Part shown: positions 1 to 12,229 of the stretch, one piece after another
Numbering within the stretch: position 1 is the first letter of the stretch
Layout: each line of letters starts with the position of its first letter
Assembly (NCBI GenBank): GCA_053919585.1
Contig: CM132805.1
Origin: Euprymna scolopes
Lineage: Eukaryota
DNA: 64,000 nucleotides
Reading direction: 5' to 3' (one strand)
The notes under the pieces: model-generated
What the model saw: the letters and a program-made list of their open reading frames with translations, nothing else
Told to the model about the DNA's origin: nothing
The model's database searches: none
Made by a program: the position numbers and the translations under genes

Positions 1-106
1 TATCCACCGCGCCCCTTCCTATCAGCCAATGGGCATGCATTTTATCGAATAAAGGATCTGTTTTATAACTAGGTTAGTGATTTAAGGCAGACGATTTTCC
101 TCATTT

Positions 107-121
107 CATATATATATACGT

Positions 122-170
<49 letters not shown>

Positions 171-240
171 GAGAGAGAGAAAGAGACACAGAGAGAGAGA
201 ACGAGCGAAAGACGAATAGAGAGGGAGAGAGAGGGAGAGT
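107..240. repeat. (TA)n plus (GA)n microsatellite, representative of many (TA)n tracts in the window
   Basis: Read directly. It explains the spurious YIYIYI ORFs. Confidence 0.95.
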
Positions 241-1095
241 AAGAAAGAGCGAACTAGTAAAAAAGGGAGATAACCAGAGGTTGTTTGTGGAGCATTTAGA
301 GTTAATTGCAACATTTCACATAAAAAGGAGGTAATTTTTTCTTATATAGACTCATTAAGTCTGTTTTTTATGATACAATTCTTATGTAGAACTAGTTTTA
401 TGCGTAAGTTTTCCTAATGACCAAACATTATCTGATGACCGTAATGGATTACCCCCATAACTATAAAAAACGATAAACTTTATTACATACAAGTCTACAG
501 GAATAGGTAACTTTCGAAATGATGCATATTTATTCCTGATTACCCGACATTATCTGAAGACCAGGATGAAATACAAAAAATCTGATAAACTTTATTATAT
601 TCATATCTGCACGGTAAGCTGTTTTCGAACAACAATATCTTCTGTCGGTGGCCCACTTCATTTCGAGTTTCTGCTATTGTTCCGTTACAAATATCATTCT
701 AGAACCTTAATTCCTTTCATGTAAAAACACAAAACCTTTATGCACTTTGTCATGTTTTTCGTGAATGTAATTCCCTTTCATTGTTTTATTGTTTTTTTTT
801 TATCTTTATGCAAGTATGTTTATATGGTTTTACACATCTTATGCCGAACTGTAGCAATATTTGAACAAATAGAAACAACATATTTTGCGACTAAATTAAG
901 TATTTTTCAACCAGAATTGAAATTGTAGGAATATTAGATGACGTGTTCAAGAAATTGCGCCATGACATGAAGTCTATCTCGAAAAGAAACCAGTAAGATT
1001 TGTAAATAGTAATATATATATATATATATATATATGGTTAAACTGGTAATTAGTATTAACCTGAAGAGAGTGCTCAATACTATTGCAGAGCAAAT

Positions 1096-1321
1096 ATGTG
1101 TTTTATTTATTTATTTATTTATTTATTTATTGCCATTTTATCAGTTTGATTACATATGCTTCGGATGTTGGACCATGTTTAAGATCCAACAGCCTCATCA
1201 GACCTTACAGAAAGCCGATTACAGATTTTCTGTAAGGTCTGACGAGGCTGCTGGATCGTAAACATGGTCCAACATCCGAAACATATGTAAACAAACAGAT
1301 GAAACGGTAATAAAAAAATAA

Positions 1322-1326
<5 letters not shown>
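1096..1326. mobile_element. Long palindrome of two inverted HHR-bearing arms (Penelope pseudo-LTR-like)
   Basis: Arms about 1096-1213 and 1227-1326 are reverse complements around a 13-nt spacer. Each arm carries a CTGANGAG...GAA(A/G)CATATGTA motif. Confidence 0.8.
1229..1299 (+). ncRNA. Minimal type I hammerhead ribozyme
   Basis: CTGACGA at 1239; stem II GGCTGCTGGATC/GGTCCAACATCC; GAAA at 1278; palindromic stem III ACATATGT; GUA triplet at 1287-1289. Stem I is imperfect. Confidence 0.7.
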
Positions 1327-1387
<61 letters not shown>

Positions 1388-1391
<4 letters not shown>

Positions 1392-1460
1392 GTTGGTGCA
1401 AAAATAATGTCGATTTTATATATAGTGGAATACCAAAATCGACATTATTTTTGCACCAAA

Positions 1461-1464
<4 letters not shown>
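1388..1464. mobile_element. 77-bp mariner MITE, MADE1/Hsmar1-like, inserted in (TA)n
   Basis: 30-bp TIRs TTAGGTTGGTGCAAAAATAATGTCGATTTT / AAAATCGACATTATTTTTGCACCAAACTAA (one mismatch), flanked by TA. Confidence 0.9.
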
Positions 1465-1533
<69 letters not shown>

Positions 1534-1535
<2 letters not shown>

Positions 1536-3580
1536 CCAGCAATGGTTTTCTCCAGATATTGCGCACAGAAATCACTTTTTCCACTGCTTCCAACGTAATA
1601 GATGTATGGAAACTAAAACCGCTTTCAGGACTGCCAGCAACCATTGCAAGAAAGTAATAAAGAACGCAAGAGAGTTATATGCTCAGTCCGTCAAGTCCAA
1701 AGTAGCTGAGCAGCGGCTTGGTTCCCACCAGTTTTGGCAAATAGCAAACAGAATCCTGAACAGAAGCGTGTGTGCTATCCCAACTATCATCAATGGCCCT
1801 GAGTTAATCTCGTCAGCATTAGACAAAGCCAAACTCTTTGCCAAGAACTTTGCAGCTAATTCTACCCTTTGCGACCAAGGTCGCCAATCCCCAATATTTC
1901 CTCCTGTATCAGAAAACACGCTATGTGATATACAAATATTTATACGTGATGTTGCCAAGCTAATCAAAAACCTTGATTCCAGTAAAGCAACCGGCCCTGA
2001 CGGTATTCCAATTATAGTACTCCAAAAACTTCAATCAGAACTAGCGCCCATACTTACAAAACTGTTTAAACGTTGTCTTAAGGAGAATTGCTTCCCATCA
2101 CCCTGGAAAATCTCATCAGTATGCCCTGTATTTAAGAATTCAGGTGATCGTTCACCCCCTTCTCAGTATAGGCCAATAAGCCTCCTGTGCGTCATGAGTA
2201 AGTTGTTGGAATTCGTGTTAAATAGAGAAGTAATCAACCATCTCAGCAAAAATAACCTTCTTAGTGACACTCAATATGTTTTCCGTTCTGCTAGATCTAC
2301 AGCAGATGTGATTGCAGTTATATCTCATAGGATTAGCGAATCTCTCGACAGAGGCAACCTTTCTAGGGCAATTGCTCTTGACATATTAAAGGCCTTTGAT
2401 AGGGTATGGCATAAAGGTTTACTTCACAAGGTCTCCAGCTATGGTATAGCTGGAAATATCTTCTCAATTATTAAATCATTTCTTTCTGATAGGTTCATAA
2501 GAGTAGTTGATGGTCAAAAATCAAAAGCTCACAGTATTAATGCTGGAGTCCCTCAGGGGTCCATCCTGGGCCCACCTCTTTTCCTGATCTACATTAATGA
2601 TCTTCCAAATCACACCCTTACATCATTTTGCTGACGATACTACGATCTAGGGTAGCACATCCAAGACAGTCAAGGACCAAGTTCTCTCTGTTTCTCTCTC
2701 CTCTGATCACGTTGTATTATGGGGAAAGGAGTGGCTGGTTAATTTTAATGCATCTAAGACCAAGCTTCTATCTTTACAACATCAGCGTTCCGACCTCCAT
2801 CTGGCATCAATTAAAATGAATAGCTCTCGTCTTAGGGAGACCTCAAAGTTTGACAGGCTTCTGGGCTTGACCATTACTCCTGATCTTAAATGGAATACGT
2901 ACATCAAATCTGTTGCCAAGGCCGCTGAACAAATGGTGGGATCCTTCTATCGACCCAGTAGATATCTCACTTCTGATGCAATTCTCTATCTATATAAGAG
3001 CCAGGTACGTCCAAGGATGGAATACTGTTGCCACATCTGGGCAGGAGCTGCGAGAAAGGACTTGTCCTTCCTTGATAGAGTTCAAAATAGACTTCGTGGC
3101 CTGGTGGGAGATGTCCTTTTCTCTTCGCTGCAACTTCTATCTCACAGAAGAGATGTTGTGAGTCTGTCTCTGCTTTATCATTATTTTCATGGAAAGTGTT
3201 CGACTGAGCTTCAATCTATGGTTCCCCCTCGCAAAACTTTCACAAGAAACACTCGTCTAGCTGAAAACACTATCAATAATTCCCCCACTCTTTATTTGTG
3301 CCTAAACCTAAACATAGATTCCATGATCAAAGCTTCTTTCTCAGAACTGCACGCCTGTGGAATTGTCTTCCGTTTTCCTGCTTTCCAGCTGACTACAATA
3401 TGGTTGTCTTCAAGTCCAACGTTAACAAATTTCTGATGAGCCCTTCCACTTAAGTTAACAAATTTACCGAACTTCCATTACTATCGATTACTATATTGTC
3501 CAATTTCTACTGTACACCCCTTAACCCTTATCCTTGAGTGGCCTCTCGGCCTTGATAAGTAATGACACCTATGTAAAAAA
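1534..3580 (+). mobile_element. 5'-truncated CR1/L2-group LINE (RT ORF2 remnant)
   Basis: ORFs 1606-2634 and 2816-3436 carry KATGPDG, YRPISLL, LDxxKAFDRV, [10 protein letters not shown] and LYKSQVRPRMEYCCHIW. The YADD region is damaged. Ends in a 3' UTR and short A tail. Confidence 0.93.
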
Positions 3581-4495
3581 AATATATATATATGGCACTT
3601 GTGCATAATTTGAAGCAGACATAACTCAGTGTCCGATCGGCTTTTCTCGGAACATGACGTCATGCGCTCATGTTTGATTGTAATCTGAGGTAAGAAGTCG
3701 ATCATCTATTCGATGCGCTGGAAACTAGTAAACGAACTTTTCGAAATAAATTGGAAGAAGAAAAAAAATTAAATTCAGTAAGCAGCATACTTGTGAGACA
3801 TCTTTTCCGTAAACTGTTCCCCACCTCCCTCAATAAAAAAGATAATGAATATATATTGCTTGGAGAAACTTTCAAATTTGCAGCATTAAGAATGTTTTTA
3901 AACATTCAATTCAACATTATATAGTCAATTCTTAATTAATACTACATATATTTTAAGTTATAAATTTATCTTTTTTTACCAGAATATCTTGTCTTTTTCT
4001 TTTCTAGTTTAACAGCTGTCATTTTACTTTTCCATGTTTAATCTTAACCATATTACTTCTCATGCTCGCATTTTTCTATGTAATCCATAATTTTTCCATG
4101 CTTTGCTTTGAAATAATATTTCTCTGTTGTACTTGTTACCTGTGAATTATTAGCGACATTACAGCTCAGCAGCAGATCGAGACAGCGGTGTATTATTAGC
4201 GAAAGTTTTTATTTATATCTTGTTACGACAGCATCTCCGCCGTTCCCAGCCGATTTGAGGTAGCGTAACAGATTAGGTTGCTATGGTAACCAACAATCAA
4301 TCAAAAACAACCAAAAAAAGAAAACGTCGCTACGTTCCTTACACATTCTGAGAATTTTTGAACACAGTAATTAATTATAACTTTGTTATACTGAGCGAAA
4401 ATTGACAAGACTTTTTTAGAATATAGTTGAGAAGGTGACCTATGAAGTAAAACTTGTTTTAAATTTGGTCGCAAAGTGAGTGAGCGGTGAAGCTC

Positions 4496-5507
4496 TAGGT
4501 GTGTCAGAAATTTCGTGAAATAGTGAATAATTCCACCCCATCTTTCCAAGCTTATAACTCCTCGAGAAATGTAATTTAAGCCCTAATTTTTTTTTTCAAT
4601 TAAAGGAGCAATGATCAAGGTTTAATTAAAAAAAACAAAAAAACAACATGTTTTTTTTTTAAAAAAAGGTTTTAAACTTCGGACTTTACAGGTAAATTTC
4701 TAAAAAAAAGTTCTTCCTTTTGTTTTAAATTTGAATATATTATTTATTGACCTTTTCTCTTCAATTTGTGATATATAAGACTTTGGTACATAAATTAATT
4801 ATTTACTTTTTAATAGAATTTCAAAATGGGAGGCGTGAATTATTCGACCCCCTGTCTTTCCAAGTTTATAACTCCTCGAAAAATGTAATTCAAGCCCTAA
4901 TTTTCTTTCAATTAAAGGAGCAAGGACCAAGGTTTCATTAAAAAAAAAAAAAGAAAAACGTGGTTTAAAAAAAAGGTTTTAAACTTCAAACTTTACAGGT
5001 AAAATTCTAAAAAAACACTACTTGTTTTTTGTTTTAAATTTGAATATATTATTTATGGACCTTTTCTCTTCCATTTGTGAGTAAATTAATAATTTACTTT
5101 TCGGTGAGTAAATTAATTATTTACTTTTTAATAGAAACTTCAAAATGGGGGGGGCGTGAATTAAAAAAAAAACGTTTGTCTAAAATATTATATTCAGTTT
5201 ATTGGAAAGAACATAAAATTTCACATTGACCCTGAAAATATCGTAAAAATAGAATCAATAGAAAAATTTTGATAGATTTTTAAAGTTTAAAAATTGAAAA
5301 ATATTGAGTTCGGAAAATTCATTACTGTTTAAAAAAAAATATATTTCTATTACTTGTAAAACAACTTTAATAGTTTATTTTGGAAGTATACTCCATAAAG
5401 AAAATAAATAACCCACTTTTAACCGAGAAATTACGAGATTTTTATATTTTATTCGCAGTTTCGTGTTAGGGGTGTCAAAAATTCCTACAAAAATTCTGAT
5501 ACACCTA
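4496..5507. mobile_element. 1.0-kb non-autonomous DNA transposon with 9-bp TSD (Mutator-like), copy 1
   Basis: TIR TAGGTGTGTCAGAA / TTCTGATACACCTA. TSD GTGAAGCTC at 4487-4495 and 5508-5516. Internal duplication of about 320 bp. Confidence 0.9.
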
Positions 5508-5691
5508 GTGAAGCTCTAAATAAAACTAACACTTAACCATACATTCACAAAATACTATCGAGTTTGAATAATATAGTTTAGACCGCTTTGAATGTATTTG
5601 AATACGTTGAATAAATGCGATGCACACGTTGTGTTGAACAGAAAATTATGAATGAAATGATTCTGAAAAAAGATACTTTATTTATTAATTA

Positions 5692-6236
5692 CTAGCGAGG
5701 GGTACCCGGCGTTGCCCGGATGTTTGGAGGTGTGTGTGGAAACTCCGGGGGGGGGGGGGGTTAAAAAAAGTAAGTATGGGGATCGAACCCGAACCCTTGA
5801 GGCAAAGTTGTAAATTAAAGTGTGAAAAAAAAAGTGCGACGTTAACGATTGCCCCACCGCGACATGCTAACGGAAACACGTTTGAATTTATTTAATTACT
5901 TGGATTTAGTAGGTGCCCGTTTTAATGAGTTAATGAGGTTAAGTTTGACTGCGGGATTTCATTTACCGCTGAACGCTTTTTTCCCGCCAAGAAAAAAAAA
6001 AAAAACACTAACCCACATGCGGCGAGCGACAAATGTTGAATATTTATCTTCCCGAAATCAAGCCAATTAAATAGACAGGCGAGCTTCGTTGTTAACTGTG
6101 AGATATTACGATTTATATGTGATATAAAAAGTTTTAAAAAGTTGTGAACCGACCGACCGCTTCTCTGAAAAAAGCCTTTTCAGAAAAAGCGAACACACAT
6201 ACATACATAATACATTTTCGCTTTTATATATATAGA
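5692..6236 (-). mobile_element. Non-autonomous Helitron
   Basis: Reads A|TCTATATATATAAAAGCG...CCGGGCAACGCCGGG hairpin...CTAG|T, with no TSD. Confidence 0.85.
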
Positions 6237-6504
6237 TTATTTGTAATAGTTTTTTGATTGAATGATTCTTTTTGCTTTGATATAAGTAATACTTCCGTTT
6301 CTCGATATGAATAGGATTTTGTTTTGTGTTTACAAAAGAGTTATGAATATAATCTTTTTTTATAACCCATGTTTCAAACATTTAATGTAGGAAATTTGCG
6401 AACTAGGAAATCCAAACGGTGTATACATATAATATAAAAATATAAATGAATAATTAAAAAAAAACAACAAAAAAACATAGATGACGTAATATCTGGATTT
6501 TGTA

Positions 6505-6774
6505 CTTATGCAGAGAACGACGCGCTTCTTCGTATATGTGCGTCGGCATATTTCGGCAGTGTACGTAAACCGTCGGAATATGCCTAGCACTGACCACATT
6601 TTAAAGTGTAAAAAAGAAAAAAGAAAAAAAGAGTACATCTTGAAAGAAAATATATCATATAGTAATTTAATATAAAGAAAATATTTTATCATAGTAAAGA
6701 AAATTACATTTGTGTAAGCTTCCTGGATATATCGACGCAATATACACGGAAAAACGGGTCATCTTCTGCATGAG
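6505..6774. mobile_element. MITE with about 50-bp degenerate TIRs and TA TSD
   Basis: TA|CTTATGCAGAGAACGACGCG...CGGGTCATCTTCTGCATGAG|TA. A related copy lies at 55383-55588. Confidence 0.7.
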
Positions 6775-6790
6775 TATCCTGGATTCTTAC

Positions 6791-7017
6791 CTGATGCTGT
6801 AATAGACTGTGCCGTTTTTGTAGATGTGGAACATACGATTTGGTAACGTGACGTCATGAAAAGCCCCTTTCTTTTCATTGCTAAAAAAGAGATCGGGTAC
6901 CCAAAGGTTTTTGATTCGGCTACTGTCTACCTCGAGTCGTGGTAAGTCAGACATGTTTGTATAATTGAGCCGATGATCTTCCCAGACTTGTCGCAGAAGA
7001 ACGGTTACACTGTATTC
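6791..7017 (-). CDS. Exon (227 bp) of a Cys-loop ligand-gated anion channel subunit, GlyR/GluCl-like, extracellular loops D, A, E
   Basis: Encodes EYSVTVLLRQVWEDHRL...LWVPDLFFSNEKKGAFHDVTLPNRMFHIYKNGTVYYSI(R), with the WxPDxFFxNEK signature. Acceptor tttgcag (phase 0) and donor AG|gtaaga (phase 2) match the GlyR exon layout. Confidence 0.95.
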
Positions 7018-8073
7018 CTGCAAATCGATAAATTGAAATCAATACAGTAACAAGAAACTGAATAATGAATAGTTACAGCATTTACGATAAAATGAAAGAA
7101 AAAAAACAGCATTTACGATAAAATGAAAGAAAAAAATCTTTTAAAGTAAATCGAAGCATAATCTGTTAGATCTATAAGACTGAGAACGTGTGTTTGAGGA
7201 CACTTCTCAACCTATATACTACATGAATTTTTTATCTGCAGACTTTAAATTTGGTATATAGGGTATTCAGACACGTGGAAAACTTTTTACTAGGTTTTCA
7301 TCCAGAAAAAAAGATATCAAAATTTTATCTGTTTGTCAACTGTTTCACGAATGCGCATACGCGAATATATCACATGACAGATTACTTATGCAAAGAATAA
7401 GTAGGTTTGAAAACGCTTTTTAAAGATCGTATCAAGTTGGCCTAATGGTTATCGTACTAAAATCATTGTTTCGGCTTCGATCTCAGAGTTTTTTTGCTTT
7501 TTTTTTACTTAGGAGAAATGAACTGTTTAGAAAAAATCACCCTCGCAGGCACATGTCTCGGTTTCTTTTCGTTTCTTTTTTACTTCATATTTTTTTTTGT
7601 GTGTGATTTTATGTTACGTTTAATACCGACGGTATATATGTTTATAATAAATAACAATTCTGCATTTTATTCCATTTTATTTTAAACTTGCAGGCCGCCC
7701 GGCGTTTCCAGGTCGTAAAATATGCATAAATATCATCAAATGCAATAATGTAATAATTTATTTCTGAGTCTGATATTTTAATACTGTTTTTGCTTCTGTT
7801 GTTATGAGTAAGACGAAAAAAAATCATACCGCTCGTGCAATTGCTGATAGAATTTACAACCCTTTCTTCACTCTGACCATATTAGTGATGAGTAAACTAC
7901 CTGTTGTTGCCTGACTTGTCCACCAAATTTCAATTATAAATGTCTAACAGTCTGTGTTTTATCACCGTATAACGATATGCGTAAAAGCTTTGCTGATCAT
8001 CTCATAAGTTGGAGGTGATCTTGACTGTGCTTCATGCCTACCCTCAGATTTTTATGCTAGGTTATATCAAAGA

Positions 8074-8358
8074 CTAGCCTGGGTGTCCGGCGTTGCCCGG
8101 GCGTTTGAAGGTGTTTGTTGAGCAAGAAAAAAAAACTGGCAGTAGACAGATAGGCTCGAACCCGAAGGAGGAAAAGAACGTAACGCCCCCCCCCCAAAAA
8201 AAAACGTGACGTCTTTTCCGTTGCGCCCATCGCCAACCTTGAAGTGGCGAAGGTTTAAATTAAGGCTTGTAATCTGATAATTGTCGTATGATGGTTGAGC
8301 TTCACAACGATATCAATCTCGTGAAAATCCGTCGCCTCTGTCGAAAGTTTTAGGCAGA

Positions 8359-8391
<33 letters not shown>

Positions 8392-8750
8392 CATACATAA
8401 GACAGCTTTTACATACATACATACATACATAAAAACATGCATACATACATACAAACATGCATGCATACAAACATACATACAAACATACGTACATATAAAC
8501 TTACAACAATACATACAAACAAACAAACATACATACATACATACGTACATGCATAAAAACATACATACACATATACAAACATACATAAATACATACATGC
8601 GTTCATACACGCATAAAACATTCATACAAATATACATACAAACAAACATAAAAAATTCATGCATACAAACATGATACAAACATACATACATATAAACACA
8701 CATACATACATGCAAACACACATACATACATACATACATACATACATGCA
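8074..8750 (-). mobile_element. Helitron 3' part with expanded (ACAT)n tract
   Basis: CTAG plus the CCCGGGCAACGCCGG hairpin. Shares body sequence with 51900-52287. (ACAT)n spans 8362-8750. Confidence 0.75.
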
Positions 8751-9029
8751 TTTAAACAGACTGGTGAGATTTATAGATGATGTCTATCAAAACAATCCCT
8801 ACACTATTGCTGTGTTATTGACAAATTTAAACAGAGTAGAAAGTGGATCTTGGGTTTACTTTCGGCAGTTGCATAACTCTTGCTTTCCTTTTTTGTCCTT
8901 TAGTTCTCACATTCCAAGAGCGATGTTTCGGACAAAGAGGGAAAGATTTTTGTTTCTGGATCAGAATAAATTCGATATGAAACTTATCGTAGCCAAGTTT
9001 GGATTTTGAAATGTTATCTTTAGCTCCTT

Positions 9030-9888
9030 ACATCAAGTGGCTTCGTGCCTTGCAATGCTCTTGTTTTACTGTTCTAACAACTTCTGGGAGGCTCCATGGA
9101 AGTCCTCTTGTGTGAGCGTGTCAATGACTCTCGTCATAGCTTCTTTCATCTCCTCGATTCTCTCATATCGACAGCCTCTAAGGTTTTCCTTGAGCTAAAA
9201 GGATAACGAAAATGTCACAAGAATTAAGGACTGGACTCTAGAGAGAGTGAGGAACTGTCTTGATGTCCATCTTGGTCAAAATAGTCTTTTACAAAGATGG
9301 AGTTGTGGACTGGTGCATTCGCGCAAATCTTCCGCACCTTCAGTTGCTTGCGAATAATTGTGTGTACAGTTCCCACATGGACATCAAACTGTGCACTTAT
9401 TGTCTCTATAAACACACGACGGTTATTATCAATGAAATTCTTTATTTGGCCAATCAACTCTGGTTTTCTGACTTCTTACTCCTCCAACACCCCTCATTAT
9501 CCCTTACAGACTCCCTGCCTTCCTTAAATCTCTTATTCCACTCAGAAACTGATGCTCGATTCATGCAAGATGGTCCAAAAGCAATCTAAAGCATTCCATA
9601 TGCTTCTGTGGCTTTTTCCAAATTTAAAACAGATTAGTATTTCATATCGTTCTTCTTAGGCGCCCTTACGTTGAGATTGCATTTGAGAAATTCACAAGCT
9701 GTGGCAATCAGGCTTTAGTAGGGTGTATTCCAATTCCTGCTGTAGCTGTTCATTTGAACCTGAAATAAGAAAAAAATAGTCAGTTATCTCATAAGACGTA
9801 TATCAATAACATATTGATTTTTCAAGAGTCTATGATAATTTTAAATGTTTGTACAAGAACATTTTGGAAACTTCCCGAAGGCACCTTG
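9030..9888 (-). mobile_element. Decayed mariner-type transposon
   Basis: Residual helix-turn-helix text (ETISAQFDVHVGTVHTIIRKQLKVRKICA) fused to a DNAP-like segment, with many lesions. Confidence 0.7.
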
Positions 9889-10154
9889 TATTTCAAAAGC
9901 AAGTGTGAAAAACTTCAGTTGGTAGGTGGATTTTTCTAATGAAGAACAAATTACCATATATTTATCAAAAAAAAAAAAAACAAACACACGGATCCCCATT
10001 CCAATACGGATGGAATTAAAGTAAGATAAAAACAAGATGTAATCATACTAAACATTATCTATGAATTATTATTAGAATTTTAAACGGAATCCATTACATG
10101 ATTTGGATTTTCGAAAATGTCTAAACTTGAAGGCTTAAGTTTAGAAGGCCTTAA

Positions 10155-10439
10155 TGTAACATAGCGCGAATGGCAATATGCAAATACCGAGCCATGGGAG
10201 AAACGATATCACGGTAAGGAAAAAGAGGACTATAAAAAGGAGAGGACACTTGCAAGAAGACGATCACGTTATAGGCGTTAATTGTTTGAGAGGTCGTTCG
10301 TGAAGACGATCACAGCGGTAACGAGAGAATGAGGAAATATATGTTGTTGTACAACAAAAAAAGGCAAGTTAGACTCTTGCTATTCTTTATCCGATTTGCG
10401 ACTGAGGTTACAACATGTTGGTTCCCGGACAACGTTACA
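10155..10439 (+). mobile_element. Solo LTR
   Basis: TGTAAC...GTTACA termini, 4-bp TSD TTAA, internal TATAAAAAGG. Confidence 0.8.
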
Positions 10440-11856
10440 TTAAAAGAAAATTAGAATTGACGAATTCATGTCTAATTTATGTCTAATGATAATGAATAAA
10501 ATGCAGTTTAAATCTGAAAAAAAAAAAATTTCAAATGGGATGTATAGCCAATATACAATTATCCTTAAAAAAAGCCCCTTAAAATAGTAAAATAAATAAA
10601 TTAAACTTAGGGAATATTAATTGCTATCAAATATACATTGTACAATTTTTGCAAAAGTTGGGTGTATCTAAATTTTATCAATGAGTTTTTCCGTTTTTAT
10701 TTACTTCATTTGTATAAAACTAAATTAAACTAAATATAGCCCATATCAATACTTCTCTCATTCAGCAGATGCGTTCCAAAATATATAATGATCGGTTCAT
10801 TAGTTTATGAGTGAATTTTGTACATGAATATATGCGAAAATATCCACATAATAAACTTTATAATAACAGAGATATGTATTTTGTTTATTGACCGTTTTGG
10901 TATATACTTTCCGATTATATATCCTCACATCTGGCTAAAAATTGCGAGGAAGAATTCAGTATTTGTGCTAACTAAACCTGTCCATCAGATGTTGTTTTCT
11001 AGTGTGCTTCGTTACCCGCTGTAATTAAGACACGCCCGCAGCTTGCGTGATTTTTTTTGTATGTATCTTGACGGTTTAATTATCCGAATTCGCTTAGGAT
11101 ATATCTCCTGGCATATTAGACAATGTTAGAATCATTCACCTTTCAAATTTAATAGTGCTCGGCATACGCCCTTGCCGCGGGCCACATCTGGCCCTCGAGT
11201 GACTTTCGTCAGACACGCACAATTAACAGCTGAACGTGACTCTTTAAATTAGTATTGAATAGAAATTTTAATAGATTAATTAAGATTAAAACGTTAAAAT
11301 CCAAAAGCACAGATGATTGCGAACGGAAATAAAAGAAACACGCTCAATACATGTTTACAAGAATATTAAAGTCGCTCCATTTTGTGCACTTTATTACTTC
11401 AAACTAATGATTCTATATAATATACCCGATCGTTGATTATTTCTTTCACAAGGTTAAGACATACATTTGAAAATATGGAGGTTAGGATCTGGGTGGGGGG
11501 CAGGCCCTTTTGCTTTTGGTCGCTTTGGACGGATTTCATCTGTTTGCTGATTTGACTTTGAAGTTAAATGGTTGATCCAAATTTCATCCCTGCTAACTTC
11601 TTTTTGTTATTGTGTTGAAACAATAGCAGACAAAGCTCTGAATCATCGAAATATTATTGTTTTGATCGACTGAGTAAATGCAGCAACCCCTTTCTTACAG
11701 ATATTTCGTATTGACAAAATATTCCTGCAAAATTGTAAAAAAAACAACAAAATAAAACAATCGCTTATGATATTATCAAGTCCTCTGCTATATTACGCAG
11801 CTTTAATTCACGGTCGGCTAAAATAAGGTTGTCGACCATTTTATATTTTACATTCA

Positions 11857-12229
11857 GCATAATTTGTGTCCTTACGAATGTGTTTAATATTAGCGTATAA
11901 TTTGTATAATTTGTGTCCTTACGAATGTGTTTAATGCTAGCGTATAATTTGCATAATTTGTGTCCTTACGAATGTGTTTAATATTAGCGTATAATTTGCA
12001 TAATTTGTGTCCTTACGAATGTGTTTAATATTAGCGTATAATTTGCATAATTTGTGTCCTTACGAATGTGTTTAATATTAGCGTATAATTTGCATAATTT
12101 GTGTCCTTACGAATGTGTTTAATATTAGCGTATAATTTGCATAATTTGTGTCCTTACGAATGTGTTTAATATTAGCGTATAATTTGCATAATTTGTGTCC
12201 TTACGAATGTGTTTAATATTAGCGTATAA
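11857..12229. repeat. 47-bp minisatellite, about 8 near-identical copies
   Basis: Unit GCATAATTTGTGTCCTTACGAATGTGTTTAATATTAGCGTATAATTT. Confidence 0.97.

Noticed and set aside
425-630. Hammerheads at CTGATGA (432) and CTGAAGA (553)
   Set aside because: No stem II, stem III or cleavage triplet; this is a decayed local duplication of about 120 bp.
3270-3300. Apparent shared frameshift near the C-terminus of CR1 copies (also about 41535)
   Set aside because: It is a single-base loss in a C run. The copies near 20980 and 46150 are in frame there, so slippage or sequencing error is more likely than recoding.
1-6790. Next (Cys-loop) exon of the receptor
   Set aside because: I found no C-x13-C exon with splice sites by eye; it probably lies beyond the window.
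8255-8751. MYVC-, YIYI- and X-rich ORFs here and elsewhere
   Set aside because: They are translations of microsatellites or N-gaps.
11857-12229. CRISPR-like array
   Set aside because: The units are contiguous with no unique spacers, there are no cas genes, and the context is eukaryotic.
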